In this document: positions 16,523-16,747 of the stretch, one piece after another
Layout of the letters: each line of letters opens with the position of its first letter
How positions within the stretch are numbered: position 1 is the stretch's first letter
Assembly: GCA_046861395.1 (NCBI GenBank)
Contig: JBHHUC010000048.1
Coordinates: 1 to 16,747 of the forward strand
Length of the DNA stretch: 16,747 nucleotides
Direction of reading: 5' to 3'
Source: Fidelibacterota bacterium
Lineage (GTDB): Bacteria > Fidelibacterota > Marinisomatia > Marinisomatales > JABMOV01
Made by a program: the position numbers and the translations under genes
The notes under the pieces: generated by a model
Databases searched by the model: none
What the model saw: the letters and a program-made list of their open reading frames with translations, nothing else
Told to the model about the DNA's origin: nothing

Positions 16523-16747
16523 AAAATGATTTAAATAAAACCAAAGCACAGCTTATCACTGAACTGATAGAATTACGTCAAAAAAGTAAAGAGCAGGAAG
16601 AGAAGCTAAAGGCCTCCAATCAACAGCTTGAAGCAGCCAACCAGCAACTTGAGGCCAACAACCAACAATTACGAGCATCAGAACAGCAATTAAGAGCGGC
16701 AAACCAGCAGCTTGAAGCAAATAATCAGCAGTTGAGGGCAGCTGAGG
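16519..16747 (+). CDS. N-terminal part of a coiled-coil protein with Gln-rich heptad repeats (probable signal-transduction protein); runs off the window
   Basis: Not in the ORF track because no stop falls in the window. ATG overlaps the cheD stop (ATGA). Reads MKNDLNKTKAQLITELIELRQKSKEQEEKLKASNQQLEAANQQLEANNQQLRASEQQLRAANQQLEANNQQLRAAE. The KTKxQLIxEL..LRQ start is common ahead of PAS/kinase modules. Confidence 0.85.
   Translation, partial: MKNDLNKTKAQLITELIELRQKSKEQEEKLKASNQQLEAANQQLEANNQQLRASEQQLRAANQQLEANNQQLRAAE
16621..16746 (+). repeat. Coding tandem repeat, 6 x 21 nt, encoding QQL(E/R)A(A/N/S)(N/E)
   Basis: Units: QQLEAAN, QQLEANN, QQLRASE, QQLRAAN, QQLEANN, QQLRAAE; codons vary at synonymous sites. 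Confidence 0.9.

Noticed and set aside
16621..16746. 21-nt periodic repeat as a CRISPR array or non-coding satellite
   Set aside because: No spacers; variation is concentrated at synonymous positions of an open frame, so it is a coding repeat.

Overview
Gene-dense bacterial chromosomal window with about 20 CDSs and no rRNA, tRNA, CRISPR or transposase that I can support. The gene content (DUF5020 and POTRA-less Omp85 barrels, signal peptides followed by Gln) suggests a diderm, possibly FCB-group organism (inference). In order: a partial SDR oxidoreductase, a GNAT, a membrane protein and DUF2461; a tightly coupled minus-strand operon (MBL-fold hydrolase, Cys-rich lipoprotein, carboxylesterase, Ste24-like M48 protease); a small membrane protein, YbjQ, FKBP PPIase and DUF5020; a PAS/GAF HisKA_3 kinase, NarL-type regulator and membrane HD-GYP protein; Omp85 and a GltS-family symporter; and a stand-alone E2-type acyltransferase domain. 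After an ~800 bp intergenic gap comes an AT-richer block with the best finding. A cheD with no other che genes in the window is translationally coupled (ATGA) to an ORF missing from the supplied track. Its N-terminal coiled coil carries six tandem A-x-x-Q-Q-x-x-A motifs, the chemoreceptor deamidation/methylation-site pattern, suggesting a CheD-substrate pair outside classical chemotaxis.
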